Part shown: positions 61,390 through 64,000 of the stretch, one piece after another | Layout: each line of letters opens with the position of its first letter | How positions within the stretch are numbered: position 1 is the first letter of the stretch | Source: Felis catus | Taxonomy: Eukaryota | Length of the DNA: 64,000 bases | Direction: 5' to 3' | Assembly: GCF_018350175.1 (NCBI RefSeq) | Contig: NC_058368.1 | Coordinates: 7,006,001-7,070,000 of the forward strand | Translations under genes and position numbers: made by a program | The notes under the pieces: model-generated | Seen by the model: only the letters and a program-made list of their open reading frames with translations | The model's database searches: none | What the model was told of the DNA's origin: nothing

Positions 61390-62420
61390 TATATGTTTTG
61401 GTTAGAGCTGTATTGAGATATAATTTACATGCCGCAAAATTCATTCTTTTGTAATATATGTGCGTCACCTTTTCTTAAGCGGCACCATATAACAAACACT
61501 TCTCTCTGCCTTGTTTTTTGTGTTAACGCACCCTAAGGATCCTTCTGTGGTAGGAGGTACAGAACTTCCTCTTTCATTTGCACGGCTGCACTGGCCCAGG
61601 GTACCATAATTACGTCAACCAATCTCCCACTGGTGGACATTTGGGTCATTTTTAGATTGTTGCTGTTACAAATAGTGCATATATATTTTCATTTTTTTGG
61701 CCGGTCTGCTCTTGGGATAGATTCGTAGAAGGGACATTGCTGGGTCAAAGGTAAACGCGTGTCATTTTTTTCCCCACACATTTCCCGAGCCCCTCCCGCC
61801 ATGAGTATAGGAGAAGCTGTTTCCTCGCAGCCTTGTTAGCATTGCATAGTGGCAAATGAACTTCTGCTAACCTGCTGGCCGAGAGATTATATCTCAGCAC
61901 CACTCAACTTTGAGGTTCTCTGTATACGAGGGAGGTGGGTGGCCGCTGGATGACTGAGAGCCTCTTGAGACTCTTGGGAAATGAGTTCTAATTTCCCCTC
62001 CATTTTCCCATAGACTTGTTGGCCTCTAAACCCTCTGGGATATGGGTGTAAATGTTTTTCCTTTTGTCTTCTTACTTTATGATAGGGTTTCATGCGACGT
62101 AAAAAGTATTTTGTTACTGCTGTTATTTTGTATAAGCAAATTTACCAATCCTCTAGTACTTCTGGGTTTAAATCAGAGTTAGGGAACTTTCTGGCTTGTG
62201 GATGTGAGATGTCTCCATCACAGTTGGCTAAGTTCTCTTATGCAGTTGGATCCGTGTCTGAATTTTCTTTCCTACTTCTTTGGTCTGCCCACCTATTCTT
62301 GGCCCCAAGTTAAAACTGTTTTATGATAGAAGCTTTATAATATACCCTACTATATGGTCAGGCTACTCTTGTCTTCTCCCTAGTGTGGATCTTTTCCAGA
62401 GTTTTCCCAGTTATTACTGC
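61390..62420 (-). mobile_element. Old L1 (L1ME-like) fragments
   Basis: ggtggacatttggg...ttgctgttacaaatagtgc; ttgctgggtcaaagg. Confidence 0.55.
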
Positions 62421-62584
62421 CCAGTTATTACAAACCATATTTTTGAAAGTTTTAACAAGGATTTGCATTATTGCAATACACGGATCTTGGTTAGACCCTC
62501 ACTCAAACAAAAAAATTATTAAAAAAAAAGGTTTGTATCAAAACCAGGGGAACGCCCATGCTGTGCATTTAATTAAGTTAAGGA

Positions 62585-62644
62585 GTGTGTGTGTGTGTGT
62601 GTGCATGTGTGTGAGTGTGTGTGTGTGTGTGTGTGTGTATGTGT
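62585..62644. repeat. Imperfect (TG)n microsatellite
   Basis: Direct reading. Confidence 0.95.
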
Positions 62645-62946
62645 TTGATAATGGTATTGAGAAGCTATATTTTTTTTTTGTAGTTCTTTTCCTGTGATGA
62701 CAGATTAAATCACGATTTACATTGGCTTCCAAGTAATCCTGGTGGTGGTGGGAAGGGAGATAGATGAAATAAGATGGCCATAAACTGATGCTTTTTGAAG
62801 CTGAGTGATGGGTACTTGGAGCTCACTGTATCATTCTATTAACGTTTATGTTTGTTTAAAATTTCCCATAACAAAAAGCTTTAAAAAGAGAAAGGGGCTT
62901 CAAGTTCTGAATTTTTTGAAGCGTGGAACAGTGTAGGACTTTTTTA

Positions 62947-63162
62947 GGGGCGCCTGGGTGGCTCAGTCGGTTAAGCGTCCAACTCTTGGTTTTGGCTCGG
63001 GTCGTGATCTCACGGTTCATGAGTTCGAGCCCCGCAGGGGGCTCTGGGCTGACAGTGCGGAGCCTGCTTAGGATTCTCTCTCCCTCTCTCTGCCCCTCCC
63101 CTGCTCATGCTCGCTCTCTCTCTGTCTCTCTCTCTCTCAAAATAAATCAATAAACTTAAAAA
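62947..63162 (+). mobile_element. CanSINE
   Basis: Full length. Confidence 0.95.
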
Positions 63163-63576
63163 ATATATACGACTTACAAAAATCAGATTTAGCAGAGAGT
63201 GGCCACTTTGTCCAAGGAAATTTGCAGTCAGAAGTGGGTACGACAGAAGTCGCAAGAAGAGAGGAAACGCTTTGCAGTGGGCAGAGTCCTAACATGGCCC
63301 AAGGTCAGGGACATTTGCTAGTCGTTCTCGCCATTAAACATTTACCTGTAACTGAACTGCATCCTCTCCTGGGACTTAAAGGTCCAATACAGGCCTGTCA
63401 GATGCACACACCCGATGAGCTCCCGAAAAGCTGGGTTTAAATATTCTGTTAGCCTAGCATGTGGCCCAGACGTTTGCTTTGGGTGGTCCTTGAAGTTGGT
63501 AAGTGTTTCAAAAGGACAGAGCAGATAAGATGTCATAAGTGTCCCTTTTATGGAACTCCTTTTACTTCTCAGTGAC

Positions 63577-63802
63577 TTTTTTTTTTTTAATTTTTTTTTC
63601 AACGTTTATTTATTTTTGGGACAGAGAGAGACAGAGCTTGAACGGGGGAGGGGCAGAGAGAGAGGGAGACACAAAATCGGAAACAGGCTCCAGGCTCTGA
63701 GCCGTCAGCCCAGAGCCCGACGCGGGGCTCGAACTCCTGGACCGCGAGATCGTGACCTGGCTGAAGTCGGAGGCTTAACCGACTGCGCCACCCAGGCGCC
63801 CC
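63577..63802 (-). mobile_element. Young CanSINE
   Basis: GGCGCAG / GCCAGG variant; TSD core agtgac. Confidence 0.95.
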
Positions 63803-63906
63803 AGTGACGTATTTTTTCAAAACAAAGAGCTATCATAGGATGTAGACCGTATACCTCCTAATTTATCCTTTCCACACTTCAGCACTTAGGTGATTTTCGT
63901 TCAATG

Positions 63907-64000
63907 TTTTTTTTTTTTTAAATGCTTATTTCTTTTTGAGAGAGAGAGACAGAGTGCAAGCAGGGAAGGGGCACAAAGGGAGGGAGATGCAGACTCCGAA
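63907..64000 (-). mobile_element. CanSINE 3' part, cut by window edge
   Basis: Poly-T and (GA)n. Confidence 0.88.

Noticed and set aside
446..64000. Recurrent MAQSVKRPTSAQVMIS... peptide family and tRNA-like heads
   Set aside because: These are CanSINE translations and tRNA-derived heads, not a gene family or tRNA genes.
1..64000. CRISPR-like or other regularly spaced repeat-spacer array
   Set aside because: None seen; dispersed repeats are irregular SINE/LINE insertions with TSDs.

Overview
Non-coding, moderately GC-rich mammalian DNA from a cat-family (feliform) genome, identified by ~48 tRNA-derived CanSINE/SINEC copies and felid/carnivore-type L1 3' ends. I find no supportable host protein-coding gene, tRNA, rRNA or CRISPR array; the ORF track is explained by SINEs, L1 ORF2 remnants, microsatellites and chance ORFs. 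The window is a layered transposon record: young SINEs with target-site duplications (TSDs) nested in L1s and in each other, a solo LTR inside an L1MC, MIR/L2/MaLR/MER5 relics, and two decayed DNA-transposon fossils suggested by manual translation (hAT-Tip100-like at ~0.2-5.1 kb; pogo/Tigger-like at ~10.7-12.4 kb). SINE-poor unique intervals carry candidate regulatory signals: a perfect RFX X-box, a palindromic CTCF motif, motif-dense blocks and a possible spliced non-coding transcript at ~39.2-40.4 kb. I did not find convincing evidence of a novel biological system. Repeat family names are from recalled consensus similarity, and boundaries of old elements are approximate.
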